Shown: positions 24,991-36,299 of the stretch, one piece after another
How the letters are laid out: every line of letters begins with the position of its first letter
How positions within the stretch are numbered: position 1 is the first letter of the stretch
Source: Podarcis melisellensis
Lineage: Eukaryota
Reading direction: 5' to 3' (one strand)
Length of the DNA stretch: 64,000 nt
Assembly: GCA_964234715.1 (NCBI GenBank)
Contig: OZ174290.1
Notes under the pieces: model-generated
The model's input: the letters and a program-made list of their open reading frames with translations, nothing else
Database searches by the model: none
Told to the model about the DNA's origin: nothing
Position numbers and translations under genes: made by a program

Positions 24991-26577
24991 GTTGTTGTTG
25001 TTGTTTAGTCGTTTAGTCGTGTCCGACTCTTCGTGACCCCATGGACCAGAGAACGCCAGGCACCTCTGTCCTCTACTGCCTCCCGCAGATTGGTCAAACT
25101 CATGCTGGTAGCCTCGAAAACACTATCCAACCATCTCGTCCTCTGTCGCCCCCTTCTCCTTGTGCCCTCCATCTTTCCCAACATCAGGGTCTTCTCCAGG
25201 GAGTCTTCTCTTCTCATGAGGTGGCCAAAGTACTGGAGCCTCAGCTTCACAATCTGTCCTTCCAGTGAGCACTCAGGGTTGATTTCCTTCAGTATGGAGA
25301 GGTTTGATCTTCTTGCAGTCCATGGGACTCTCAAGAGTCTCCTCCAGCACCATAATTCAAAAGCATCAATTCTTCGGCGATCAGCCTTCTTTATGGTCCA
25401 GCTCTCACTTCCATACATCACTACTGGGAAAACCATAGCTTTAACTATACGAACCTTTGTTGGCAAGGTGATGTTTCTACTTCTCAAGATGCTGTCTAGG
25501 CCTGTCATTGCCCTTCTCCCAAGAAGCAGGCGTCTTTTAATTTCGTGGCTGCTGTCACCATCTGCAGTGATCATTGAGCCCAAGAAAGTAAAATCTCTCA
25601 CTACCTCCATTTCTTCCCCTTCTATTTGCCAGGAGGTGATGGGACCAGTGGCCATGATCTTCGTTTTTTTGATGTTGAGCTTCAGACCATATTTTGCGCT
25701 CTCCTCTTTCACCCTCATTAAAAGGTTCTTTAATTCCTCCTCACTTTCTGCCATCAAGGTTGTGTCATCTGCATATCTGAGGTTGTTGATATTTCTTCCG
25801 GCAATCTTAATTCCGGCTAGAGATTCATCCAGCCCGGCCTTTCGCATGATGAATTCTGCATATAAGTTAAATAAGCAGGGAGACAAAATACAGCCTTGTC
25901 GTACTCCTTTCCCAATTTTGAACCAATCAGTTGTTCCATATCCAGTTCTAACTGTAGCTTCTTGTCCCACATAGAGATTTCTCAGGAGACAGATGAGGTG
26001 ATCTGGCACTCCCATTTCTTTAAGAACTTGCCATAGTTTGCCGTGGTCGACACAGTCAAAGGCTTTTGCATAGTCAATGAAGCAGAAGTAGATGTCTTTC
26101 TGGAACTCTCTAGCTTTCTCCATAATCCAGCGCATGTTTGCAATTTGGTCTCTGGTTCCTCTGCCTCTTCTAAATCCAGCTTGCACTTCTGGGAGTTCTC
26201 GGTCCACATACTGCTTGAGCCTTCCTTGTAGAATTTTAAGCATAACCTTGCCAGCGTGTGAAATGAGTGCAATTGTGCGGTAGTTGGAGCATTCTTTGGC
26301 ACTGCCCTTCTTTGGGATTGGGATGTAGACTGATCTTCTCCAATCTTCTGGCCACTGCTGAGTTTTCCAAACTTGCTGGCATATTGAGTGTAGCACCTTA
26401 ACAGCATCATCTTTTAAAATTTTAAATAGTTCAGCTGGAATACCGTCACTTCCACTGGCCTTGTTATTTGCAGTGCTTTCTAAGGCCCATTTGACTTCAC
26501 TCTCCAGGATGTCTGGCTCAAGGTCAGCAACCACTCTACCTGGGGTATACGGGACATCCATTTCTTTCTGGTATAAT
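24991..26577 (-). mobile_element. Bov-B (RTE-clade) LINE, 5'-truncated, young copy
   Basis: Uninterrupted RT ORF; 3' end ...GACACGACTAAACGACTAAAC followed by a (CAA)n tail on the minus strand; ~12-bp TSD TTTTGGATGTTT at 24979-24990 and 26578-26589. Confidence 0.97.
25005..26561 (-). CDS. Bov-B ORF, C-terminal part (reverse transcriptase domain; endonuclease lost by 5' truncation)
   Basis: 518 aa without stops; RT motifs NYRTIALISH, QAGFRRGRGTRDQI, FIDYAKAFD, GVRQGCILSP, LRYADD; Bov-B-type C-terminus LEKTLMLGKMEG...HGVTKSRTRLND. The start Met is an artefact of truncation. Confidence 0.93.
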   Translation of the reverse strand: MDVPYTPGRVVADLEPDILESEVKWALESTANNKASGSDGIPAELFKILKDDAVKVLHSICQQVWKTQQWPEDWRRSVYIPIPKKGSAKECSNYRTIALISHAGKVMLKILQGRLKQYVDRELPEVQAGFRRGRGTRDQIANMRWIMEKAREFQKDIYFCFIDYAKAFDCVDHGKLWQVLKEMGVPDHLICLLRNLYVGQEATVRTGYGTTDWFKIGKGVRQGCILSPCLFNLYAEFIMRKAGLDESLAGIKIAGRNINNLRYADDTTLMAESEEELKNLLMRVKEESAKYGLKLNIKKTKIMATGPITSWQIEGEEMEVVRDFTFLGSMITADGDSSHEIKRRLLLGRRAMTGLDSILRSRNITLPTKVRIVKAMVFPVVMYGSESWTIKKADRRRIDAFELWCWRRLLRVPWTARRSNLSILKEINPECSLEGQIVKLRLQYFGHLMRREDSLEKTLMLGKMEGTRRRGRQRTRWLDSVFEATSMSLTNLREAVEDRGAWRSLVHGVTKSRTRLND

Positions 26578-27518
26578 TTTTGGATGTTTAGGTGGCATTT
26601 ATGGTACCTGGTAGGGGTATGAAACTCTGGAAAACCTGAGAGAGACTCCTTTCCTTTCTGCCATGTTACATAGAAACTTTTGGTTTGTTTGTTTTGGCTT
26701 TTGATTGAGGAAAGCCCTTGGGCTATGAAAACAAATGGTTTTGTGCAATACTAGTCGAGGTTCCCAGGTGTTAGTTTGGATGAAGATATATAGGAATCAT
26801 CCCTGATTGTCACAGTTCATGAATTCATGACAGCAAATGCCACATGGATTACTTTACAATGGAGAAGTTTCAGACAAAGATAATCTATTGGAAGTGTAGT
26901 CAACATGGTGAAGTCATGGACTATCCCTGACCATTGACCATGCTGGCTGGGGTGATGGGAATAGCAGCCCAAAACATCTGGAGGGCACCAGGTTGGCTAT
27001 CCTTCATCTTACTGGTTGCATGGAGAGACAGGCTGGCTATGGATAAGTTGCTCCAGCAAGACACCATGTTAGATAATTAAAGACAGGGAATTCTCTAACC
27101 CAGCTTGCCTTATTGGGTTTCAGACATCTGTGCTTTTACTTATGATGTGGCAAGATAACCTCAAAATAACATTTCCCCATGATTTTCATTAGGGCCACAA
27201 TCCTGCAAGCATGGAGAATAGGGTACAAAGTGTCTAAAAGAGTGTAGGTGGCTGCTATGCTTAGTGCACCCTAAATGCAACCAGGTAAATAATCTGAACT
27301 GTAAGGTCTCCTGCACTTAAAAAAACAACCCTGGGAGCATCTGGCAGCACAATCCTCTCCCTGGCACAGAGACTACTCTCAGGAGAACCAGGATTGGTGG
27401 ATCTAGATCCAAGCTGCATATGGGGTGAAAATTGAGCTATTAGGTGCTTCTAAGTAAGCAGTTTCATCTTCAGTTTACATCTATTACCTGGCTGCAGTAA
27501 GGCATGTCTAGTACAACA

Positions 27519-27999
27519 TCTTAAAAAGCAGAGACATCACCTTGCCAACAAAGGTCCGTATAGTTAAAGCTATGGTTTTCCCAGCAGTGATGTATGGAAG
27601 CGAGAGCTGGACCATAAAGAAGGCTGATTGCCAAAGAATTGATGCTTTTGAATTATGGTGTTGGAGGAGACTCTTGAGAGTCCCATGGGCTGCAAGAAGA
27701 TCAAACCTCTCCATTCTGAAGGAAATCAGCCCTGAGTGCTCACTGGAAGGACAGATCATGAAGCTGAGGCCACCTCATGAGAAGAGAAGACTTCCTGGAA
27801 AAGACCCTAATGTTGGGAAAGATGGAGGGCACAAGGAGAAGGGGACGACAGAGGACGAGATGGTTGGACAGTGTTCTCGAAGCTACTAACATGAGTTTGA
27901 CCAAACTGCGGGAGGCGTGGAAGACAGGAGGGCCTGGCGTGCTCTGGTCCATGGGGTCACAAAGAGTTGGACACGACTAAACGACTAAACAACACAACA
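27519..27999 (+). mobile_element. Bov-B LINE 3' fragment, frameshifted
   Basis: Highly similar to the 3' end of the 24991-26577 copy (PTKVRIVKAMVFP...); ~14-bp deletion near 27770; CAA-type tail; AGTACAACA duplicated at 27510-27518 and 28000-28008. Confidence 0.95.
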
Positions 28000-28207
28000 A
28001 GTACAACAGTGCATGGCAACAATGTGGAATGGGGGTGAAAGCATTGCAATGGACCTCTCTTTGGATGTCCCTCACACCTGCAGTATGAATGCACTCCTCT
28101 GCATTTCTGGATGCACTCCCTACCTGTGTCTGAAGAATGCTGCTTTCCAGTGGGTCTCCTGAACACAGTGGCAAGTTTTCTTATGGAACTTCACAATGGG
28201 GTAAGCA

Positions 28208-28530
28208 TGAGAACATAAGAAGAGTCTGCTGGATCAGGTCAGTGGCCTATTGAATCCAACATCCTGTTCTCACAGTGGCCAGGCCAGATCCCTAGGCGAA
28301 GCCCACAAGCAGGACCTGAGTGCAGAAGTACTCTCCCCATCTTCATATTCCAGCAATTGGCTGGAATACCTCCAACAGAGGAGGTAGAAGATAGCTGACA
28401 TGGTAAGTAGCCACTGATAGCCTTATCCTCCATGATTTTGTCTAACCCCCTTTGAAAACCATCCAAGTTGGTGGCCACCCCTGCTACTTATGGTAGCAAA
28501 TTCCTAAGTTTAATTATGTGGTGCATGATA
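28208..28530 (-). mobile_element. Old CR1/L2-type LINE tail
   Basis: AGAACATAAGAAGAGTCTGCTGGATCAGG...CATCCTGTTCTCACAGTGGCC. Other copies near 4290-4690, 43600-43870, 44240-44750 and 51140-51940. Confidence 0.7.
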
Positions 28531-30135
28531 GCTTAATGGCACCCATGTCATTTTGAGCAACAAATGGCAGTCCTCCCTGTCCTCAGTTTTTGTTTATTTA
28601 TTAAAAAGATGACTGCTACCCATGGCCAGCTAAGCTATTCAGGCATCTGAGGTGGAAAACCCCACCTGGCAGTAAAACCATAATAGCAACAAATGAAATA
28701 ATTATTTGCTGTCATTTCACGACGCCCCAAGTCAGTTGTCTGAGAGGCAGCTGCCTCATTCTGTCTAATGGAATGGCCGGCCATAAAAACACACTTTTTT
28801 GCTGTGTTTTTTTAAGATGTTTCTGTTGATAGGTGTTGCAAACACTGTGGCTGTCTGAGAAAGAAAGCGAGAAAAGGGAGTCATGTACAGACAACCGCTT
28901 GAATGAATTTGAATGACTGATGGAGAAAAAGATCAGGATAAATGGAGAGAAGGATCTAATTGCACACTTTTTGTGCGTATAGTTTCATCCCAGAAAATCT
29001 CTGCCCGCTGGACCCTGATGCTAAGGAGGAGGGGGAAAATGATCTGATGGTTTTCCATCAACTTTCTTACAAATTGATCCTGAAAGATGTTTTCCTGACA
29101 AGCAGTTTATAGCTCGACAACTGCTAACGCTGTGATATTAAGAAGCTAAAGGTGTAGCAAAGTTACATACATAATTCATTAACTATATAAGTGCTTTTAC
29201 TGGCTTAAGAAAAAGAAAAATGGAAATGTTGAACTATAAACCAAATGTCTTAAGATGCCAACAGGCCACAGCAACATGGTGAGGTGATGACCACTGACAA
29301 TATCTGCACAAATGATTAATTCAGGGGAAGCGTTGGGCCACACATTTCTCAGTGCAAGCACAGGTTAGTGGAATGTATGGAGAAAACTGCCTACATGACA
29401 AGTAACTGCACATATGAATACTTTGAAAGCATTTTGTATGCCATTGTTCAGTCAAATAAGCCTCCTGGAATGGCTTACAAATGTCAATGATAATACAGTC
29501 CCTGCCCACAGGCTTACAATCAAAAAAGACATGGCACAAAAGGAAAAGGGGCTGAGAGGAAGGAGAAAAAGAAACAAAGTTGCATATGCTGGCTGTTTGT
29601 ATCAGCATTGATGTGCAGGAATTTTAAGTGGTGCCTCGTCCACAACACGTTCGTTTACATCTAAGAGTACTTGGGGACCCATCTCACATCGTTTCATCTG
29701 CACTAGGCATTTAAAGCAGTTTCATACCTCATGAAACAGTCATGGCTTTCCCCAAAGAATCCCTCTTTCCAGGGAACTCTGGGAATTGTAGCTCTGTGAA
29801 GATAGCCTAGGAAAACACATGGTGCAGAACCTTCTCCCACAAGCCTGTAGTTTTTTGAGCTTTTGACTGCCAGAGTATTGTTCTTCTATCAGGTCCCCTC
29901 TATGCCTCATGGATTTCTCCTAGTCTTTCCCTGCAAAACCTACCACTCTGTAACAAGGCACCAAATTGTTAGGAGACTCCTATTCTCCTCTCAGTTCCCA
30001 GGGTGGTTCAACAACCAAATCCCTCTTTACAACTCTGGGAGGAGAATAGGGGTCTCCTAAGAACTCTCAGCACCCTTAAGAAACTACAGCTCCCAGAATT
30101 CTTTGGGGGAAGGCATGACTGTTTAAATTGGTATC

Positions 30136-30490
30136 AAGGTAAAGGATCCCTGGACAGTTAGGTCTAGTCAAATTCAACTATGGGGTGCAGAGCTCATCTC
30201 AGCTTTCAGGCCAAGAGAGCCGGCGTTTGTCTACAGACACCTTTCCAGGTCACGTGGCCAGAATGACTAAACCGCTTCTGGCACAACAGAACACCATGAC
30301 GGAAGCCAGAGCACATGGAAATGCCATTTACCTTCCCGCCGCAGCAGTACCTATTTATCTACTCATGCTGGTATGCTTTCGAACTGCTAGGTTTTCAGGA
30401 GCTGGGACAGAGCAACAGGAGCTCACCCAGTCACGCAGATTCGAACTACTGACCTGAAGAGGCTTGGTGGTTTAGACCACAGTGCCACTG
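30136..30490 (-). mobile_element. Sauria SINE (older, diverged)
   Basis: Same consensus, reverse orientation, with a small deletion in the head. Confidence 0.9.
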
Positions 30491-30926
30491 TGCTTTAAAT
30501 ATATATGAATGTGGCCTATTTTGTTATGAGTTTGTTGCGTATTACTATGCACTGGCGGGAGAGAGGGAGTCTCGGGCACAGGAGCCACCTGCAACCCCCC
30601 AGGCCTCTCTGTCAGATCCTTGGGTCCAGGCCACATACACCCAATGCTCGGATAACCCCGACATACCCCAGAGGAAAACCAGGATGTGTCTTTTGGGGCC
30701 TTGTTCCCGTATGAGTTATGTGACCTGTGTAAGAGCACAGCACCCCAAAACATGCCTCTTTCAGGGATGTGATGCCACAGGAGCCTGGTGACTTGCAAGA
30801 GAGAAAGGTTCCTGAAAACAGGATGTCCCAATTAAATCAGGACAGTTGAGGAGTATGGTCTCTGCTCTGTACTCTGCTCTGCTTTAGTGATTTTACCTTG
30901 AATGTGTCCTTAGCTGTGATAACACC

Positions 30927-31073
30927 CAGTGGCGTAGCGTGGGTTGTCAGCACCCGGGGCAAGGCAAGTAATTTGTGCCACCTAACCCGTGGATTTGCGC
31001 CCCCTAACCCTAACCCCCAGATGTTGTGCCCGGTGCGGCCGGCCCCCCCTGCACCCCCCACGCTACGCCACTG
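30927..31073. mobile_element. 147-bp hAT-type MITE with internal CCCTAA repeats
   Basis: 17-bp TIR CAGTGGCGTAGCGTGGG; perfect 8-bp TSD ATAACACC. Confidence 0.92.
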
Positions 31074-33415
31074 ATAACACCTCCTGTTAACCTAGATGGA
31101 AAGGAGTGTTTGTCTGGCCTCACCCACACCGCTAAGCAGCCCCTGGAACACTGCCGAAGAGGGAATAATAGAATTGTAGGATTGGAAGGGACCCCTGCAA
31201 TGCAGTGCAGAGAATGTGGCCTCAGGCTGAAAATAGCTCTCTGTCCCTGGTATATCAATAATAAAATGAACTCTTATCAGTCCTCTGGTGACCCCCGAGT
31301 TTCTCACAGCATAAATATTAGCAGTATCTTACAAAATGCTACAACTCACACTATCCTCAGTGGGTGCTGCAGGTGGGGATACAGACTGAATAGTAAGGTT
31401 GTGAATTTGCAATGAGAAAAGCGGTTATTTTAAAAAGAACCCAACCTTCCCCCCCCCCTCAGGTCTATTTGGCACATGTCCCAGTATGACTGGATATGGC
31501 TATTAACTGCGTGTGTTGTTCAGGCAGACCCCTTGGGTATCTGCCTCTTCAGCTGGTGAAATAGAGAATGAGCCCATTTCCAATGAATACTAGCTGAAAA
31601 CCCAAAGGTTGAAAGGGGCAACTTTCTCCCCCAGCCACTGCCTTGTTTTCATCTAACTTCCGGTGCAGAATCTGAGACCTGGGGCCTGACTGTGCCCCTT
31701 TATGCCAATGTATCTGCCCTCAGAACTCTCCCCACCCTTCACTGGTCCTGTTTTACACTGCAAAAGCTTTTGCTTGACTGGAATGTGTCCTTGAACTCTG
31801 ATAAGGCCTCTTATTTCTCAGGATGGAGGATAGGTATGTGCTTGTGTGGAGAAACTAGCGTACTGCAGGAAGGTAAAATTTACTTTTGCCTCTGGCCTCA
31901 CACTGGCATATGATTCTTGGAAGCTTGCCCTCAGAAGGAGATGTGACCTTCAGTCTGAAAAAGCTCCCCTACTCCTATTCTAACCTTTTCAAGGGGCAAA
32001 GCAACACCGGGATCTCCTGTCTCCACGCAGCTGAATGTGTCACTCATGCAAGCATCATTCAGGCAGGGCAGAAGACTCTGATTAGAAGGTGTATTTCTGA
32101 AAATGTAGCTTCTATCAATCACTTTCTGTTTCCCACTGCATTGAAAGGAAGAGGTCCAAACAGGGAGGTTTGCTTACACTGGAGATGATTGAGGAATTGG
32201 GATCTTTGCGAATTCTGATGTCAACTGATCTGATTTGCACCTCCCAAATGGAGGTGTGGGTGGGGAAGAAAGTATGCTTCTGTTTTTGCAGTGCATTTCT
32301 TGGCTCAAAAACCATGCCAAAATGTGCTTTGAAATAAAATACTTTTAGAAATGCATACCTTGAGATAAAACACATGCAGATACCAGAATAAAGTGAGAAA
32401 CTATGTCCAAGAAACATAAAGAAACAGGAAGCTGCCTTATACTGAGTCAGCCCATTGATCCATGACACTACAGATGACATTGAATACCAGTCAATGAATA
32501 CCAGACCTCGGAATATCAGTTGCTGGGGAAGAGCAATGGGAGAGGGCTATTGCCCTAATCTGCAAATGTGTGAACTTCCTAGGGCATCTGGTTGGCCACT
32601 ATGGGAATCAAAGTTGCATTGGTTTGATTTAGCAGCACATCCTATGGGTTATGTGAGCTTATTTATATTAATGAAGGAGATCAGCAGCACAAGTAAACAT
32701 ATACTCTGACCAGTTGCCCTGTAGAAGGTTCCAGGGGCAGGCCTGGAAGAAGGCTTCTGCTAGCAATGGCCAGGAGTTTGGAGGCTACCTTCCCCACCCA
32801 GAGATTAAATACGACAGGAAACAATTATATAAGACCAACTGAATCCACATGACAGACAAGGGGACAACATATTACCTGGAGATCCGCAGCTAGGGATCTA
32901 GCTCTCACTTTTGTTTTCCCCCTGTCTTTCTTTTCTTTCTTTCTTTTTCAATCTTCAGGTCTCCGCATTTTCACATCAAAACCCCTCATCAGCATTTTAT
33001 TGTGCATTTCTCCTAATAGACACATTTTTTTACACATTTCCCCCCCAATGCAATGCATTTTTGTATCTTATCTTCACTAATATTTGGATTTTATGCATGT
33101 TTTACCTTACTATATGCATTTTTGTACACACTGCTTGGCTGGAGAACTGCCTTGCAAAATTCAGAGAAGTGTAAATTTCGAAGGACAGCTGTGTTTCAAC
33201 TCACATTGTTTGAAAAAGTGTGAATGAGGTATGTTTGACTTTAAATGCAAAGTGAATCAAATTTCTCTCCCTGAATCCCTATCTGCAGAGGGGACTATGG
33301 GATTACATCCTGAGCAGGTGGGGTAAATGGGGGACTAAGCAGAGACTTCTCCTTTAACAGCAGTGGATCAGCAAAGGGAAATAGATTGCAAACAATCTCT
33401 GAAGAGCAGCCAGGT

Positions 33416-34232
33416 CCACTGAGCCTCTTGGGCTTGCCAATCATAAGGTTGTGTCAGGGGACTGCCATCGGAATAGAGTAGGGAGGCAGAGGGGCCGTTG
33501 GGATACAGAGAGCCTCCGAAACTCCTGAGGAGCAGTTCTTCTTCCAGTGGTGGGAAAAGCCATACCTCCAGTGGAGAAGAGAGGGAAGGGGCCAGCCAAG
33601 CGTGTAAAGCGCTTGAGGATGCTGCTGAGAGCCCTAGCGCCTCACCTTGCCAGGCTGGCCAGGAGGGACGCACGCCACTTCCGTCGCCCAGCTTGCCAGA
33701 GGGTGGAAATGCAAGGAGGGGAGGAGGGGGCCTGGGGTGCCGAAGTTCTTATGTTGGGGGAGAACCCGGAAGGGGCCACTCCCGGATTCTGCAAGTGACT
33801 GAGAGGGACATGAACTATGTAGATCTGCACTGTAAATAGTTTGCACAATAAAACCTGTAAAAGACAGGTCGGAGTCCTGACTGGTTACTCAAGAGCAACC
33901 ACCAGCATCATCTGACATGTTGGCAGTTCGAATCCATGTGACGGGGTGAGCTCCCATTACTCTGTCCCAGCTCCTGCCAACCTAGAAATTTGAAAGCATA
34001 CTGGTGCATGTAGATAAATAGGTACTGCTGCAGCAGGAAGGTAAACAGCGTTTCCATGTGCTCTGGCTTCCGTCATGGTCCTCTGTGCACCAGAAGCAGT
34101 TTAGTCCTGCTGACCACATGACCCGGAAAGCTGTCTGTGGACAAACACCAGTTCCCTTGGCCTGAAAGCGGAGATGAGTGCTTCACCCCATAGTTAAATT
34201 CAACTGGACATAACTGTCTGGAATCCTTTACC
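33416..34232 (+). mobile_element. Sauria SINE interrupted by a solo LTR
   Basis: Head CCACTGAGCCTCTTGGGCTTGCCAATCATAAGGTTG ends at 33451; the SINE resumes at 33918 (TGTTGGCAGTTCGAATCC...) and runs to a CCTTTACC tail. Confidence 0.9.
33452..33917 (+). mobile_element. Solo LTR, divergent relative
   Basis: TGTCAG...CTGACA termini; AATAAA near 33847; TSD GGTTG/TGTTG; splits a Sauria SINE. Confidence 0.87.
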
Positions 34233-34441
34233 GATAAGGGATTCCCTAGGTTTGGCACTCAAGTGCTTTGGGACATAGAAGTATGGAAAGGAAGCCTTCT
34301 GACTTTGCCTAGATTGCATACTGAGTTTCTTGGGGTTCAAAGGTGGGGAATAGCGATTTGGGAAGGTGTATCTTACCACCACAGGCATGGTGATACACCA
34401 GAGCCCCCTTAAGGAGGGGTGCTGGGTCCCAATGCTGCGTA

Positions 34442-34443
34442 TT

Positions 34444-34519
<76 letters not shown>

Positions 34520-34520
34520 T
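34442..34520. repeat. (TTTC)n microsatellite
   Basis: Read directly from the sequence. Confidence 0.98.
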
Positions 34521-35108
34521 TAAATAATTCTCTGCCACAGCGGCCAGCCGACAGGGTGAAAGGCAACCTGTGACACCAATGCTGCGTCTTTCTAAATGAA
34601 TTTCCACAGTTATTAATTTAGTTGCAGACCTCCTTTGTTAATACTTTAAAAGTTGTGGCCCGAGTTAACTTAATATACACATTGTGCTTCTTTATTCTGG
34701 GTGTGGGCACAACTAAAGTGTCTTTAGAGTTTCTCTGTGCATTGGGTCATCCAGAACACACAGAGATGGCAGCTGTTTTAATCTTGCAGGGGAAGTAATG
34801 AGGATAAATGTGGCATGAGAATCCTATGGGGAACATATAAAAACCACAGGAAAAATGCAAAGGACCAAGTGTTTACTCAGACCCTCTTTCTGGATGTGTC
34901 TTAAATCTTTACCCAGAGCTTGCTTGCTTACTTTTCCATTCCTTTCTTTCCACAGCATTTATTGGACCCTGGAGTGCTTTTAAGGGTCCCCTTGACTCTT
35001 GGTGAGGCCAAGCAGATGCTGTTATTGCATTCCTCTTGCAATTTAAAACACTAGGCTTAAAAGATATGTGTGTTCAAAACCTGTTGCAAATATAAATCCA
35101 TACAATTT

Positions 35109-35110
<2 letters not shown>

Positions 35111-35156
<46 letters not shown>
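35111..35156. repeat. (AT)n microsatellite
   Basis: Read directly from the sequence. Confidence 0.98.
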
Positions 35157-35159
<3 letters not shown>

Positions 35160-35600
35160 GGTTTTGGTGTCCTCGGGTGTCTTCCCGTGTAAAAGTTGGG
35201 GTGTCTAGGCGACGTTTCGACGAGGTCTCACTCGTCATCTTCAGGCTGGTGCTTTCGGCTTCTTGTTACTGGAACAGAGCAGGATCTCAGTGTTTGAGTT
35301 CCTATAAATACTGTTGAGGGGGTGTGGTGTATAGCCTCCAATGTTCTGGGCAGAGAGGAAGTTCCCAGGCTAGTGTGCCTTTTCTTCTTTTGTTCCTTAA
35401 TTACTTGAGGGATATCTTGAGTGATTTCTTGAGTGATATCCTGAGTACCACTTAGGTGGGTCATTAGGTGTGGATTAGTTGCTAAAGTCTTTGTGTCTTG
35501 ACCTCTTGAACTTTGTGAAGAGTTTTTCTGAGAAGATGGCTGTACTGCACTTAGTTGTGCTCTGGCTTGGCTTCGTGTATAGGGGCGAGCTGTGGTTTTG
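35157..35600 (-). mobile_element. Penelope-like retroelement 3'/pLTR fragment inserted in (TA)n
   Basis: Minus-strand CTGAAGA...GAAACGTC hammerhead motif near its end; (TA)n on both sides (35111-35156 and 35601-35613). Confidence 0.75.
35207..35248 (-). ncRNA. Minimal type I hammerhead ribozyme motif
   Basis: CTGAAGA-t-GACGAG-tgagac-CTCGTC-GAAA-CG-TC; perfect 6-bp stem II; stem I is weak (about 2 bp). Confidence 0.6.
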
Positions 35601-36049
35601 TATATATATATATGATCAGTAGCTGGTTAAGGAACAGGAAGCAAGGAGTGGGAATAAATTAACAATTCTTGCAATGGAGGGATGTAGAAAATGCGGTCCC
35701 AAAAAGATCAGTATTGGACCAACAAAAAAGGATTGTGTAAAGCCCCAAAAGGATTTATCCAGACTGTAAGTAAGTGTTAAGTGATGCAAACTGGTAAGTG
35801 TGTGTGTTTGTGTGTGTGTGTGTGTAATCTCCTAACTTCACTTAATAAACTTATTAGGTCTGAGTAAAAATATTAATGCAAGAGTTTGAAATCACACTTT
35901 CATGCCAAAACTGTGGTGCGTATTTTGGGGTGGCAAACACCAATTTTGGACTTAAAATTTGAACATTGAAATTGACATTGATTTATTTATATCCAGATCC
36001 TTTCTTTTTTCCTTCCTTGGAAACATTTCAAGGGTCGGATGATGTAGAT

Positions 36050-36299
36050 CATGGGTAGGCAAACTAAGGCCCGGGGCCCGGATCCAGCCCAATCGCCTTC
36101 TCAATCCGGCCTGTGGACGGTCCAGGAATCAGCATGTTTTTACATGAGTAGAATGTGTCCTTTTATTTAAAATGCATCTCTGGGTTATTTGTGGGGCATA
36201 GGAATTCGTTCATTTCCCCCCATAAAATATAGTCTGGGCCCCCAAAAGGTCTGAGGGACAGTGGACCGGCCTCCTGCTGAAAAATTTTGCTGACCCCTG
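36050..36299. mobile_element. hAT (Charlie-like) MITE
   Basis: CATGGGTAGGCAAAC...TTTGCTGACCCCTG termini; perfect 8-bp TSD ATGTAGAT. Confidence 0.88.

Noticed and set aside
25033-25974. 313-aa plus-strand ORF
   Set aside because: Antisense shadow of the Bov-B RT frame.
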